A DNA stretch of 64,000 nt from Candidatus Scatovivens sp. (GTDB lineage Bacteria; Bacillota; Clostridia; TANB77; CAG-508). The notes under the pieces are model-generated. The model was not told the origin of the DNA. It was given only the letters and a program-made list of their open reading frames with translations, and searched no databases. A program made the position numbers and the translations under genes. This document shows, piece by piece, positions 30,112 through 40,231 of this stretch. Within the stretch, counting starts at the first letter, position 1; every line of letters starts with the position of its first letter. The stretch covers positions 49,963 through 113,962 of the forward strand of contig JAZRKN010000006.1 in assembly GCA_045646345.1 (NCBI GenBank). Direction: 5' to 3'.

Positions 30112-30864
30112 TTATAAATTATTATCTTCTTTATTATTGATTCCTTCTGCAGCTATTCTTTCTTCTGTTTCTTGTATTTCAAATGCTGGTACAATTGATA
30201 TTATATTATTCTCTTGACTTGCAACAGGAATAGAAACTTCACTTCTAATTGTTTCTTGTTGCTCTTCTGTAGCATCTGTACTATCTTTAATTTCTTTAAA
30301 TAATACAATTTTAGGATTTTTATTTTCATATCTTGCTTCATCGCCAAACTTTAGTCTTACAACTGAACCAGTTTTTAAACTTTCTTGCACATCTATTTTC
30401 TTTTGGTTTGTTGAACCTCTAAATTTCAAATCTACCAATTTCTTTTCTTCAACAAATTCTCCATCAACTATGATATCAATTCCTTCTAAAAGTTCTTTTG
30501 TATATGAATATTCTTTATACATTTTTCCATATACATCTTTTTCGAAATCATATCCTGTATAACACCAAATTGTTTTGTCAGGATAAACTTCTTTTACTTT
30601 TTTTACTAAAGGAACTAATCCTTGTTGATTAACAAGCTCTAATGGTTCGCCTCCTAAAATAGAAAGTCCTGCAATATAGCTTGGTTTTAATAAATCTATT
30701 ATATAATCAATTGTACTTTCATCAAATTTTTTACCATAATTAAAATCCCAAGCTTCTTTATTATGACATCCTTTACAATGAAAGTGACAACCACTAACAT
30801 ATATTGAAACTCTTACTCCAGTTCCGTCTTGTACATCTATTGTTTTTATATCTGCGTAATTCAT
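30112..30864 (-). CDS. nrdG: Anaerobic RNR activating protein (radical SAM) with an acidic C-terminal extension
   Basis: SGCHFHCKGCHN, GGEP, YTGY, FRGSTNQ. Confidence 0.95.
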   Translation of the reverse strand: MNYADIKTIDVQDGTGVRVSIYVSGCHFHCKGCHNKEAWDFNYGKKFDESTIDYIIDLLKPSYIAGLSILGGEPLELVNQQGLVPLVKKVKEVYPDKTIWCYTGYDFEKDVYGKMYKEYSYTKELLEGIDIIVDGEFVEEKKLVDLKFRGSTNQKKIDVQESLKTGSVVRLKFGDEARYENKNPKIVLFKEIKDSTDATEEQQETIRSEVSIPVASQENNIISIVPAFEIQETEERIAAEGINNKEDNNL

Positions 30865-31094
30865 CTTTTCTCCCTCTTAATCCGTATATTTATAACGTTC
30901 GCTTGTTCTTTTGATTACTAAATTGTGTTCATTTAGTAAATTTTCAAGTACTTATAACTACAAAACTTTTTATAAGTTTGTATAATATTAGAAAATTCAA
31001 GCCGTTTGAATTATAAAATTATTTTATTTTCAAACGGCTCCTTTGTAAATTATTCACTTTTGTGTACTTACAAATTTGTCTTTAGTTTCCCAAA

Positions 31095-33236
31095 TTAAAT
31101 GTGTAGTACTCTTGATTTTATTTCTTTTGTTTTTCCAACATTCCAGAAGTTTTCTCCTAAGTAACCACATGTTCTTCTTGTTACGTTCATTTTGCCGTGG
31201 TCTTTATTACCGCATTGTGGACATTCCCATTCATTATCATCATTGATTTGAATTTCTCCGTCATATCCACAAACGTGACAGTAATCTGATTTTGTATTGA
31301 ATTCAGCATATTGAATATTATCGTAGATAAATTTAACGATTTCTTCTAATGCTTCTAGATTATTTTTCATATTTGGTATTTCAACATAAGAAATAGCTCC
31401 ACCTGAAGATATTGGTTGATATTTAGATTCAAATTTTAATTTATCAAATGCACTAATTTTTTCTCTAACATCAACATGATATGAATTTGTATAATATCCT
31501 TTGTCTGTAATATCTTCGATATCACCAAATCTTTCTTTGTCTACTCTTGCAAATCTATAGCATAAGCTTTCTGCTGGAGTTCCATAAAGAGCAAATCCAA
31601 GTCCTGTTTCTTCTTTCCATTTGTTAACTCTTTCTCTCATGTAGTTCATAATTCTTACTGAGAATTCTTCTCCAACTGGATCTGTATGGCTTACACCTTT
31701 CATTAATTTTGTTACTTCATAAATTCCTATGTATCCTAAAGAAATTGTTGAGAAGTATGAATTTAATAATGGATCAATTACTTCACCTTTTCCAAGTCTA
31801 GCAATTGCACCATATTGCCAATGTATTGGTGATGCGTCAGACATTGTTCCTAAAAGCGCATTGTGTCTGCACATTAACGCATCAAAACATAATTCTAATC
31901 TTTCATCAAATAATTTCCAGAATTTTTCTTCATCTCCATTAGCAATAATTCCGATTTGTGGTAAGTTAATACTTACAACACCTTGATTAAATCTTGACTC
32001 GAAAACATATTCTCCTTTTTCATTTTTCCAAGGTGATAAGAAACTTCTGCATCCCATTGGGCTAAATACGTTTCCTTCATAGTTTTCTCTCATTATTTTT
32101 GCTGAGATATAATCTGGATATAATCTTTTTGAAGAACATTTAACTGCAAGTTTTGTTAAATAATCATATTTTCCACCTTTTAAGCAGTTGTGTTCATCTA
32201 AAACATAGATTAATTTTGGAAATGCTGGTGTTATATAAACACCTTTATCATTCTTAATACCTTGTAATCTTTGTTTTAAAATTTCTTCTATAATCATAGC
32301 ATTTTCTTCAATGTATTCATCATCTTTATCTAAATACATAAATATTGTTACAAATGGGCTTTGTCCGTTTGTTGTCATTAATGTATTTATTTGATATTGA
32401 ATTGTTTGAACACCTGAAGCTAAATCTTCTGCTCTTCTTTCAGCAGCATCTTCTTTTGCTCTTTCATCAGCTTCTTCTTTAGAATATCCTTTTTCAACAT
32501 ATCCTAAAAATCTTTTTTTGTATATTTTGTCATAAGTTTTTCTTAAATATTTTCCTAAATGACGAATATCTACTGATTGTCCACCATATTGACTACTTGC
32601 TACAGCTGCGATGATTTGAGTCATAACTGTACAAGCAACTTGGAATGATTTTGGACTTTCAATCATTTTTCCATTCATTACTGTTCCGTTATCTAACATA
32701 TCACCTATATTTACTAAACAACAGTTATGCATTGGTTGAACAAAGTAATCTTTATCATGAAAATGTAAAATTCCATCATTATGAGCTTTAACAATTCTTT
32801 CTGGTAGCATTACTCTATCAGCTAAATCTTTTGAACATTCTCCAGCTATTAAATCTCTTTGTGTAGAAACTAATACTGCATTTTTGTTACTATTTTCTTC
32901 CATTGTTTCTTTGTTTGCATTTCTAACTAATGTTAAAATGCTTTCATCTGTTGAGTTTGCTTGACGAATCATTGCGTGTTTATCTCTATATAATATATAT
33001 TTTTTAGCTAATGTAAATTTACCAAACTCCATTAACTTACGTTCTATAATATCTTGGATTTCTTCAACATGCATTGAAGCTTTATTTAAACTTTCAATAT
33101 ATTTTGTAATAAATTCAATTGATGATCTTGATATTTTATCTTTTCCACCAACCTCTTTATTTGCGTTACTAATAGCTATTACTATTTTATCGCTGTTATA
33201 CTCTACTTTTCTTCCGTCTCTTTTAATTACTTTCAT
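31095..33236 (-). CDS. nrdD: Anaerobic (class III) ribonucleoside-triphosphate reductase
   Basis: Start MKVIKRDG (ATP cone; GGAGG RBS), NCCL, MGCRS, YTNSYHV, CxxC pair, RRTCGYL glycyl-radical motif. Confidence 0.97.
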   Translation of the reverse strand: MKVIKRDGRKVEYNSDKIVIAISNANKEVGGKDKISRSSIEFITKYIESLNKASMHVEEIQDIIERKLMEFGKFTLAKKYILYRDKHAMIRQANSTDESILTLVRNANKETMEENSNKNAVLVSTQRDLIAGECSKDLADRVMLPERIVKAHNDGILHFHDKDYFVQPMHNCCLVNIGDMLDNGTVMNGKMIESPKSFQVACTVMTQIIAAVASSQYGGQSVDIRHLGKYLRKTYDKIYKKRFLGYVEKGYSKEEADERAKEDAAERRAEDLASGVQTIQYQINTLMTTNGQSPFVTIFMYLDKDDEYIEENAMIIEEILKQRLQGIKNDKGVYITPAFPKLIYVLDEHNCLKGGKYDYLTKLAVKCSSKRLYPDYISAKIMRENYEGNVFSPMGCRSFLSPWKNEKGEYVFESRFNQGVVSINLPQIGIIANGDEEKFWKLFDERLELCFDALMCRHNALLGTMSDASPIHWQYGAIARLGKGEVIDPLLNSYFSTISLGYIGIYEVTKLMKGVSHTDPVGEEFSVRIMNYMRERVNKWKEETGLGFALYGTPAESLCYRFARVDKERFGDIEDITDKGYYTNSYHVDVREKISAFDKLKFESKYQPISSGGAISYVEIPNMKNNLEALEEIVKFIYDNIQYAEFNTKSDYCHVCGYDGEIQINDDNEWECPQCGNKDHGKMNVTRRTCGYLGENFWNVGKTKEIKSRVLHI

Positions 33237-33627
33237 TGTTTTGTATCCTCCCCCAAAATTATAGAACTTTTTTTGCATTTTTATTATATTTTTCTTTCGT
33301 AACTCAAATCTGTCCTTATTTTAACATTTAAAAAAGTAATGTCAAATTAATAGTTTTTATGTTGCCGAAACCTTGTAACTCAACAGATTCAAGCCTATAG
33401 CTTTAGTTACTTTTCGCATTATTTTTCATCTCATTTTTTTATCAATTCTCCAACATCAGTATTATCAAGCTTTTGGCCTTTTTTTATATCAAATATATTA
33501 CATTTTTAAAAAACTTTTTTAACATTTATTTAAATTTTGTTACCTTTTTCAAAGTTTTGTCAAGGAAATCGATAACAATTCCTATTTTTGTTTTTACAAA
33601 AAAATAGGAGCCATTTCCTATCGGCTC

Positions 33628-34386
33628 CTACATTATTTCTCTTGCTTTTACAATTACTCTTAATTTACTGTCATCAGTACATGTTATCAACGTTACTTCT
33701 TTTAAACCATTTGTCCTTTGTGTTGTACAAGATACATCATCTGGTTCAACTACATATTTATCATATACTTTATATACTAACTTTTCTCCATTCATATCTG
33801 TTATTTCAACTGTTTCCCCTATCGACATATCTGGTACATGGCTGAAGAATTTATTACTTCTATAGTTATGTCCTACTATACAAAAATTTCCAACATCATT
33901 TGGTTCTGGTCCCCAGAATTTACAAGGTGAAATTTTTAATAATTCATCTAATTGTGCTGAACTTAATTCATTTCCTGTAATTACTGGATATGTACAATTT
34001 ATTGAAGGGATATTAACTGTCGCTACTGCATAATATCTTGTTCCTGCCGCCGTTTCTCTCCACTCTATATTGTCTCCAGTTTCTTCTACAACTGGTTCTG
34101 TATATATTACTTCAAATGGATCTTCTGTATTTAATATAACAACAATTGAATTATTTGCAAATTTAATTGTTGTATCATCAACAACATTATCTTCAAAACT
34201 TAAATTTGATAATATTTCTTGTGAAATAGCTTCGTTTTTGTTTTTATCATATTCTGCATAAATATAATATGAAAATAAAATGCATACCAAAAAAACAGAA
34301 ACAAAGAAGTCTATTTTATACATCTTCTTTTTTCTTTTTAGTTCTGGTGTTATATACAATTTTTCAGATACTAAAATTTGGTTCAT
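33628..34386 (-). CDS. Sortase (class D/E-like)
   Basis: Start MNQIL (AAAGGA RBS); TM; catalytic triad IVGHN, TLITC, R. Confidence 0.9.
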   Translation of the reverse strand: MNQILVSEKLYITPELKRKKKMYKIDFFVSVFLVCILFSYYIYAEYDKNKNEAISQEILSNLSFEDNVVDDTTIKFANNSIVVILNTEDPFEVIYTEPVVEETGDNIEWRETAAGTRYYAVATVNIPSINCTYPVITGNELSSAQLDELLKISPCKFWGPEPNDVGNFCIVGHNYRSNKFFSHVPDMSIGETVEITDMNGEKLVYKVYDKYVVEPDDVSCTTQRTNGLKEVTLITCTDDSKLRVIVKAREIM

Positions 34387-34643
34387 TTCTTTTCCTTTCA
34401 CATAATTATCAAAAATATTATAACATGTTACATAATTCAAATCAAGAAATTTCGAAAAAGTAATCATTTTGTAAAACACCATAGTTTTCTAAATATATAG
34501 ACATTTCCACCATATCGTAGTATAATAGATTTTACCGTTCAAAATATCATAATTAGAATATCTTTCTATAACTATATAGATATTCTTTTTATGTTTAAAT
34601 AATTTGATGCATAAAATATACTTATTCATGTAGGAGGTAGAAT

Positions 34644-35651
34644 ATGCGAAAAAGTCGGAATTCAAATAATGACTTACACACAATTTTAACAACTTTTCTT
34701 ATCTTATCAGCAATCATTCTCTCAGCTGTTGCAATACTTTTTGGAGGACTCTTTAATCATCTTAGCATTTCACCGCCCCCATCTTCTAATGCAACTATTG
34801 AGCAAGAAACAGATTACGGACCATCTTCCTCAACAGATGTAAGTTTTGAAAACAATTCAAATCCAGAACTTACAGATACCAGTACTTCTAAAGAAACAGA
34901 TTCAACTGTTAATCACGTCGAAACAACAGAAGAAAATATCGACTCTTCAGAAATTACTACTGAGGAAAATTTTACTGAATCAATGGAATCAGAATCAACC
35001 CAGGTCGTTCCAATTGGAACAGTATACTTAACCTTTGATGATGGACCATCTACCAAAACAACTTCTCAAATTTTAGATATATTAAAAGAGAAGGATGTCA
35101 AAGCTACTTTTTTTGTGCTTGATTATTCGTATGGTTCTGAAAAAGAAGCTCTTGTAATTCGGGAATTCGAGGAAGGGCACACAGTAGCATTACATGGAAT
35201 ATCTCATGATTATTCGAAAATCTACTCATCTTTAGAAACTTTAATCAAAAATTTTACAGATCTTCAAGAAAAAGTGAAAACATCGACCGGTTATACATCT
35301 AAAATTATTAGATTTCCTGGTGGAAGCTCAAATACTGTAAGTAAAAAGTATTGTGCAGGAATAATGACAGAAGCCGTTGAATATTTCTCTAATTCTGAAT
35401 TCATCTATTTTGATTGGAGTGTTGATTCCAGAGACGCAGGTGGCGTAAGTTCTTCTGAAGAACTCTACTCAAATGTTATTAATGGCTTAAAACCTGGTAA
35501 AACCAACATCGTGTTAATGCACGATAGTGTCAACAAGGAATATACCATTGATGCTCTCGAAAGAATTATTGATTTCTGTATTTCAGAAGGTTATGAGTTA
35601 AAAGCAATTACAGAAGATACCCCTCAAGTAACACACCATGTTTCAAATTAA
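34644..35651 (+). CDS. Membrane-anchored polysaccharide deacetylase (CE4/NodB) with an S/T/E-rich linker
   Basis: TFDDGP, HGISH, RFPGG, DSRD, LMHD. Confidence 0.92.
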   Translation: MRKSRNSNNDLHTILTTFLILSAIILSAVAILFGGLFNHLSISPPPSSNATIEQETDYGPSSSTDVSFENNSNPELTDTSTSKETDSTVNHVETTEENIDSSEITTEENFTESMESESTQVVPIGTVYLTFDDGPSTKTTSQILDILKEKDVKATFFVLDYSYGSEKEALVIREFEEGHTVALHGISHDYSKIYSSLETLIKNFTDLQEKVKTSTGYTSKIIRFPGGSSNTVSKKYCAGIMTEAVEYFSNSEFIYFDWSVDSRDAGGVSSSEELYSNVINGLKPGKTNIVLMHDSVNKEYTIDALERIIDFCISEGYELKAITEDTPQVTHHVSN

Positions 35652-35660
35652 TTTAAACAT

Positions 35661-35692
35661 CAAAAGAGCTCCTCTTGTAAGGAGCTCTTTTC
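35661..35692. terminator. Bidirectional terminator
   Basis: AAAGAGCTCCT/AGGAGCTCTTT inverted repeat. Confidence 0.85.
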
Positions 35693-35694
35693 TT

Positions 35695-37482
35695 TTACCA
35701 TATATCACTTTCCGCTTTTTTTCTTTTTACACTATTTATTTTTCTTACTTTTCTAAGCAATACAGCTGAATTAGATTCTTCTGTTGTAACATCTTCATCT
35801 TCTATTCCGGAATTTTTTTTACCTTGTCTTTTTATTGGTTTTACATCAACAAAAAGATTATCTTCCTCTTCATCTAATTCATATGGAATATTATCATCCA
35901 CATTCAAGTCAGCTTCAATTTCTTCAACAGTTTTTCTTCTTTTTATATCTACATTTGGAGAAAAGTCAATTTCTCTATATTTTTCTCCAAATATATCAAA
36001 TTCTTCATCAAATGTTCCTTCTTGGAATTCTTCTACAACGTTGTCTATTATTTCATCATATGCTCCGTAGTAATCAGAATCTTCATCTTCATCTTCGTCT
36101 TCATCCTCATCTGCTAATTCATCAAATTCTGTTTCCTCTTCAAAAGCTTCTTCTATTTCATCATCTTCTTCACTATCTTTAGGTTCATCAATATTAGCCG
36201 TTATATCAAATGGCATTTTTGCTTTTTCTTTAACAACTTCAACTGAATCTTCTCTTATCTGATCATCATAATTTTCATCATGGCTTTCTTCATCATCCTC
36301 TTTTGGCAAATCAAATTCGTCAACAACTTTTCCAAAAACTTCAGACACATTTTTATAATAAACTGTATAAATTTCAGTTATACCTTCTATTCTCCAATAG
36401 TTTGAATTTATTAATGTAGCAGTATTTAAGTTTACTCTATTCTTTTCTTTTTTGAATTTTTCTTCTTTGTCTTGAATATCTTTTAAATAAGATTTATTAT
36501 ATAGTTCTTTATAAGCTTTTTTTGTAGCTTTATTTGCAATTTCTCTTAATAATAATTCATATAAGTTATCAATTTGAACTACGTCTGCTGCAAAATTTTC
36601 ACATGCTTCACTCATTAATCTATTATGTGATTTTCTTCCATGAATTATTGTCATTCTTTCATAATCTAAGAATTGAACCATATAATTTTTCGCAGAATAT
36701 ATAAAATCCATTTTTGCTTTTTCATTTCTAGCATACTTTTTGTGTAATTCTATTTTTGTAGCACCATCATCAATATCAGACAATAATTTTGTCATCTTAT
36801 CATATAAAACTAAATATCCAGCAGCTTCTTTTTTAGCAATCTCAATTCCAAAAGTAGTTGCATGTCCAATAACTTCTTGATTAAATGGAATTTTTTCATT
36901 TTTCCCATTATCTTCAAGTTCTGTTATTATATCTAATGAATCATCAAATTTTGCAAAGTTTTTCGCTAATGCTAAAACTTCATTTGTTATTCCTTCATAG
37001 TTATTTCTAGCTGTCTCTAATGATTCATTATATGCATTTTCAGCCATCTTTTTATATCTTTTACATTTTGAAAGCTCAAATCTTTTTTCATTATATTCTT
37101 CTAGTGCTGCTATTAAATTCTCTTTAGATTCAATCATTGCCTCATTGTTTTTCTCAACATCAGCTTCTATTTTTTCAATACATCTTTTAGTATCTTCGAC
37201 TTTAGCATCAATATTGTTAAACAACAAATTACGATTATACTCTAATTTAGCACTTTTTCTGTATAACTTTTCTTGTGAGGCTTGTATAAGTTTTATTTTT
37301 TCTAGACTTTCATTAAATTCTTGTGTTGCAGAAACTTCTTTTTGATAATTAATTTGGTATTTTTCTAATTTTTCTACTAAGTCACAATAATTATTAAAAT
37401 TATCTCTTATATTACCTTCTCTTCTGTATTCTAATAGATTTTCGAAATATCTTTCTAATACTATTGCACTTCTTTCATACAT
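35695..37482 (-). CDS. Hypothetical coiled-coil protein with a long acidic C-terminal region
   Basis: 595-aa ORF with a GGGGG RBS, helical N-terminus, D/E-rich segment and basic tail. Confidence 0.8.
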   Translation of the reverse strand: MYERSAIVLERYFENLLEYRREGNIRDNFNNYCDLVEKLEKYQINYQKEVSATQEFNESLEKIKLIQASQEKLYRKSAKLEYNRNLLFNNIDAKVEDTKRCIEKIEADVEKNNEAMIESKENLIAALEEYNEKRFELSKCKRYKKMAENAYNESLETARNNYEGITNEVLALAKNFAKFDDSLDIITELEDNGKNEKIPFNQEVIGHATTFGIEIAKKEAAGYLVLYDKMTKLLSDIDDGATKIELHKKYARNEKAKMDFIYSAKNYMVQFLDYERMTIIHGRKSHNRLMSEACENFAADVVQIDNLYELLLREIANKATKKAYKELYNKSYLKDIQDKEEKFKKEKNRVNLNTATLINSNYWRIEGITEIYTVYYKNVSEVFGKVVDEFDLPKEDDEESHDENYDDQIREDSVEVVKEKAKMPFDITANIDEPKDSEEDDEIEEAFEEETEFDELADEDEDEDEDEDSDYYGAYDEIIDNVVEEFQEGTFDEEFDIFGEKYREIDFSPNVDIKRRKTVEEIEADLNVDDNIPYELDEEEDNLFVDVKPIKRQGKKNSGIEDEDVTTEESNSAVLLRKVRKINSVKRKKAESDIW

Positions 37483-37674
37483 AATTAACTCTGCCCCCTA
37501 AAAGTTACTAAATTTGACCCTATTATATAAAAATTATTTTGAAATGTCTAGATAAATTTCAAATTAATTTACACGAAATTCCCCTCTTTACTTTAATCAC
37601 TTATACCCCCTTCCAAATTACTTAATTTTATGATATAATATAAGTATAATAATATATTGAAGGGAGCTGACTTT

Positions 37675-37857
37675 ATGTGGCTTTTTGCATGGCTGATTGA
37701 AAATTTTATCAACCTGTTTATCATATTCCCTCTTGTATGCGGCATCTTTTTCTTTATTGTGATTGCTCCGCTTTGCATGGGAATACACTGGCTTTGGGAA
37801 CACAAGGGATGGCTTATCGCTCTCATCGTATTGCTTTGGATCGTCTCTGCGTTCTAA
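37675..37857 (+). CDS. Small hydrophobic Trp-rich membrane peptide (60 aa)
   Basis: TTCCAA-N17-TATAAT promoter (extended -10), AAGGGAG RBS, own terminator; GC-richer than the flanks. Confidence 0.65.
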   Translation: MWLFAWLIENFINLFIIFPLVCGIFFFIVIAPLCMGIHWLWEHKGWLIALIVLLWIVSAF

Positions 37858-37892
37858 GTCAGTTCCACGGTATTGCACTTCGCATAACCTGC

Positions 37893-37924
37893 ATGCTTGG
37901 CCGAAAGGCCAAGCATTGTTTTTT
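37893..37924 (+). terminator. Intrinsic terminator
   Basis: ATGCTTGGCC-GAAA-GGCCAAGCAT-TGTTTTTT. Confidence 0.85.
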
Positions 37925-37969
37925 GCCCAAAATAAAAAGCATACAATTAAATGTATGCTTTATTTTTTA

Positions 37970-40228
37970 TTATTGAGCATCTTTTAGTTTTTCTTTGATT
38001 ACCACATGTACTATTGTTCCTTCTTCAACTTCTGTTCCATAAGTAGGATCTTGTGAAACAACTATTCCTGTTGTTCCATCAACTTGAATATTCAAATTTT
38101 TAGATCTCAAAGAATTCAATGCTTCTTCTTTTGTCATATCTTTAATATTTGGTACTTGAGTTTTTACTCTTGCTTCTTCATTAGATGCATATAAACAAAC
38201 AATAGAATTTGCATTTAAGCTAACACCATATTTTGGCATTTGATCACTTACTAATGTTGAATTTGGATCTAATGGAGAATTACAAACAACTCTAAATCCT
38301 AATCTTTCTAATTTTGCTCTTGCTTCTGTTATTGTTAGATTTTTAACCTCTGGAACATCGATCAATCCTATTTCTTGTTCTTCTTTAACTGTTTCTGTTG
38401 ATTCGATACCCAAGTTTGGAAGAACTTCAGTTAAAATTTGACTAACATATGGTGCTGCAACTTGTCCTCCTTGGTGACTTGCATAATCTTGCAATCCATA
38501 TAATGCAAATAAAATTACAACTTGTGTATTTTCTATTGGTGATGCAGCAATAAATGATGCTACATATCCATCTTTCTCATGATTTACTCTTGGTTCTGAT
38601 GTACCACTTTTTCCACCAATTGAATACCCTGCAACTTTTGCATTTCTACCTGTTCCATCTGTAACAACAGATAACATCATATTTTTCACTTTATCTGCAG
38701 TTTCTTTTGATACAACCTGTCTAACTTTTTTGGTTTCTATAACTTCTATACTTCCAGTATCTGTATTTTCTATTTGTTTTACAATTTTTGGTTCTACTAA
38801 ATAACCATCATTACATATTGCAGAAACAGCAGTTATTAATTGTAATGGTGATATTTCAAATCTTTGTCCAAATGATGTTGTTGCAAGTTCAACTGGTCCC
38901 ATATCTTGAAGTTCATAGAATTGTCCTTTATATGCTTTGGCTATATCATTTCCTATTGGTTCAAAAAGACCAAAAGCTTTAAAATATTTATATAATGTGC
39001 TTGCTCCAATTCTTTGTCCCAATTGCATAAACGCTGGGTTACAAGAATTTTGAAGAGCATGTCTTAAAGTTTGTCCTCCATGTGGCACCGCTCTCCAACA
39101 ATTAATTGAAACTGGCTCATTATTTTCCATCGCAACAACATAAGACCCCGCACAATTAAAATCACCAGATGTGTCAGTTTGTACATATCCTTCTTCAAGT
39201 CCTACTGCAGCTGTTATTAATTTAAATGTTGACCCAGGTTCATATGTTCCTGAAACAGCTCTATTCTTCCACAAATTTAATAATGAGGCACTTTTTTCTT
39301 CACTTGGCAATAATTTCCATTCATCTTCAGAATATCCTGTTGGTTTATAGCTTGATGGTTCGTTTAAATTATAAGTTGGATTTGTGGCCATTGCTAAAAT
39401 TTCACCAGTTTGCGGATTCATTATAATTACATTTCCTGCAGTTGCTGTAGGATTTTCTACCATAGCTTGTTTTAAATACTTTTCAGCAGTCGCTTGAATT
39501 GTTGTATTTATTGTCAAATACAAATTACTTCCATTTTCTGGAGCAACATGTCTAACATCTTCATCTAAAATAGCTTTCCCTTTTCCATCAACTGTTGTTA
39601 CAACTTGTCCAACAACACCAGTTAAAGTGTCATTCCATCTTTGTTCTAAACCAGTTTGACCAGAGTTATCTGTCCCACAAAATCCAATTAGATTTGAAGC
39701 TAATTCATTATATGGATAATATCTTTTTGAATCCTCATCTATATTTATTCCTACCGTTATATTATTTTCTGACATCCATTTTTTCAATTTATCAACTTTG
39801 TCTTTTTCAACTTTTCTTTCTATTACAATTACTGATTTATCTTTTTTTAATTCTTCTTTTAAATGTTCATATGTAATATCAAAAATTTCAGAAAGTCCTT
39901 TTGCAATAAGTTCATCATCAACTAATTTGCTATTTGCATATTTTACTTTTCCAGGATTTAGAGAAATTGTATCTACGGCAATACTTTGAGCTAATATTTC
40001 TCCTTTAGTATCAAAAATTGTTCCTCTACTAGGACTTATTATTAGACGTTCAATTTGTTGATTATAAGCTTTTTCGCTTAAATCTTTACCCTGTACAAAT
40101 TGAATATATGCCAAATGAATTGTTACAATTAAAAAGCAAAAAGTTACTATCGCACCAAAAACAAAAATTCTAAAATTCACCCAAGATTCAGATTTTACTT
40201 TTGTATTTTTCTTAATTTTTCTCACCAT
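37970..40228 (-). CDS. Class B penicillin-binding protein with two PASTA domains (FtsI/SpoVD family)
   Basis: EPGSTFK, NSCN, GKSGT; two C-terminal VP...SQ/DQ.P PASTA repeats. Confidence 0.92.
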   Translation of the reverse strand: MVRKIKKNTKVKSESWVNFRIFVFGAIVTFCFLIVTIHLAYIQFVQGKDLSEKAYNQQIERLIISPSRGTIFDTKGEILAQSIAVDTISLNPGKVKYANSKLVDDELIAKGLSEIFDITYEHLKEELKKDKSVIVIERKVEKDKVDKLKKWMSENNITVGINIDEDSKRYYPYNELASNLIGFCGTDNSGQTGLEQRWNDTLTGVVGQVVTTVDGKGKAILDEDVRHVAPENGSNLYLTINTTIQATAEKYLKQAMVENPTATAGNVIIMNPQTGEILAMATNPTYNLNEPSSYKPTGYSEDEWKLLPSEEKSASLLNLWKNRAVSGTYEPGSTFKLITAAVGLEEGYVQTDTSGDFNCAGSYVVAMENNEPVSINCWRAVPHGGQTLRHALQNSCNPAFMQLGQRIGASTLYKYFKAFGLFEPIGNDIAKAYKGQFYELQDMGPVELATTSFGQRFEISPLQLITAVSAICNDGYLVEPKIVKQIENTDTGSIEVIETKKVRQVVSKETADKVKNMMLSVVTDGTGRNAKVAGYSIGGKSGTSEPRVNHEKDGYVASFIAASPIENTQVVILFALYGLQDYASHQGGQVAAPYVSQILTEVLPNLGIESTETVKEEQEIGLIDVPEVKNLTITEARAKLERLGFRVVCNSPLDPNSTLVSDQMPKYGVSLNANSIVCLYASNEEARVKTQVPNIKDMTKEEALNSLRSKNLNIQVDGTTGIVVSQDPTYGTEVEEGTIVHVVIKEKLKDAQ

Positions 40229-40231
40229 CCT

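Noticed and set aside
33365-33475. Loose CCTTG-N5/6-CAA palindromes, also near 17595 and 26630
   Set aside because: Too degenerate to separate from chance without a genome-wide model.
37483-37512. ATTTAGTAA...TTTAGGGGGCAGA shared with the spoVD leader
   Set aside because: Only two instances, and most of the match is the RBS itself.
37893-37916. GGCCGAAAGGCC resembling hammerhead stem II
   Set aside because: The flanks extend the stem and end in a T-tract, so it is an ordinary terminator.
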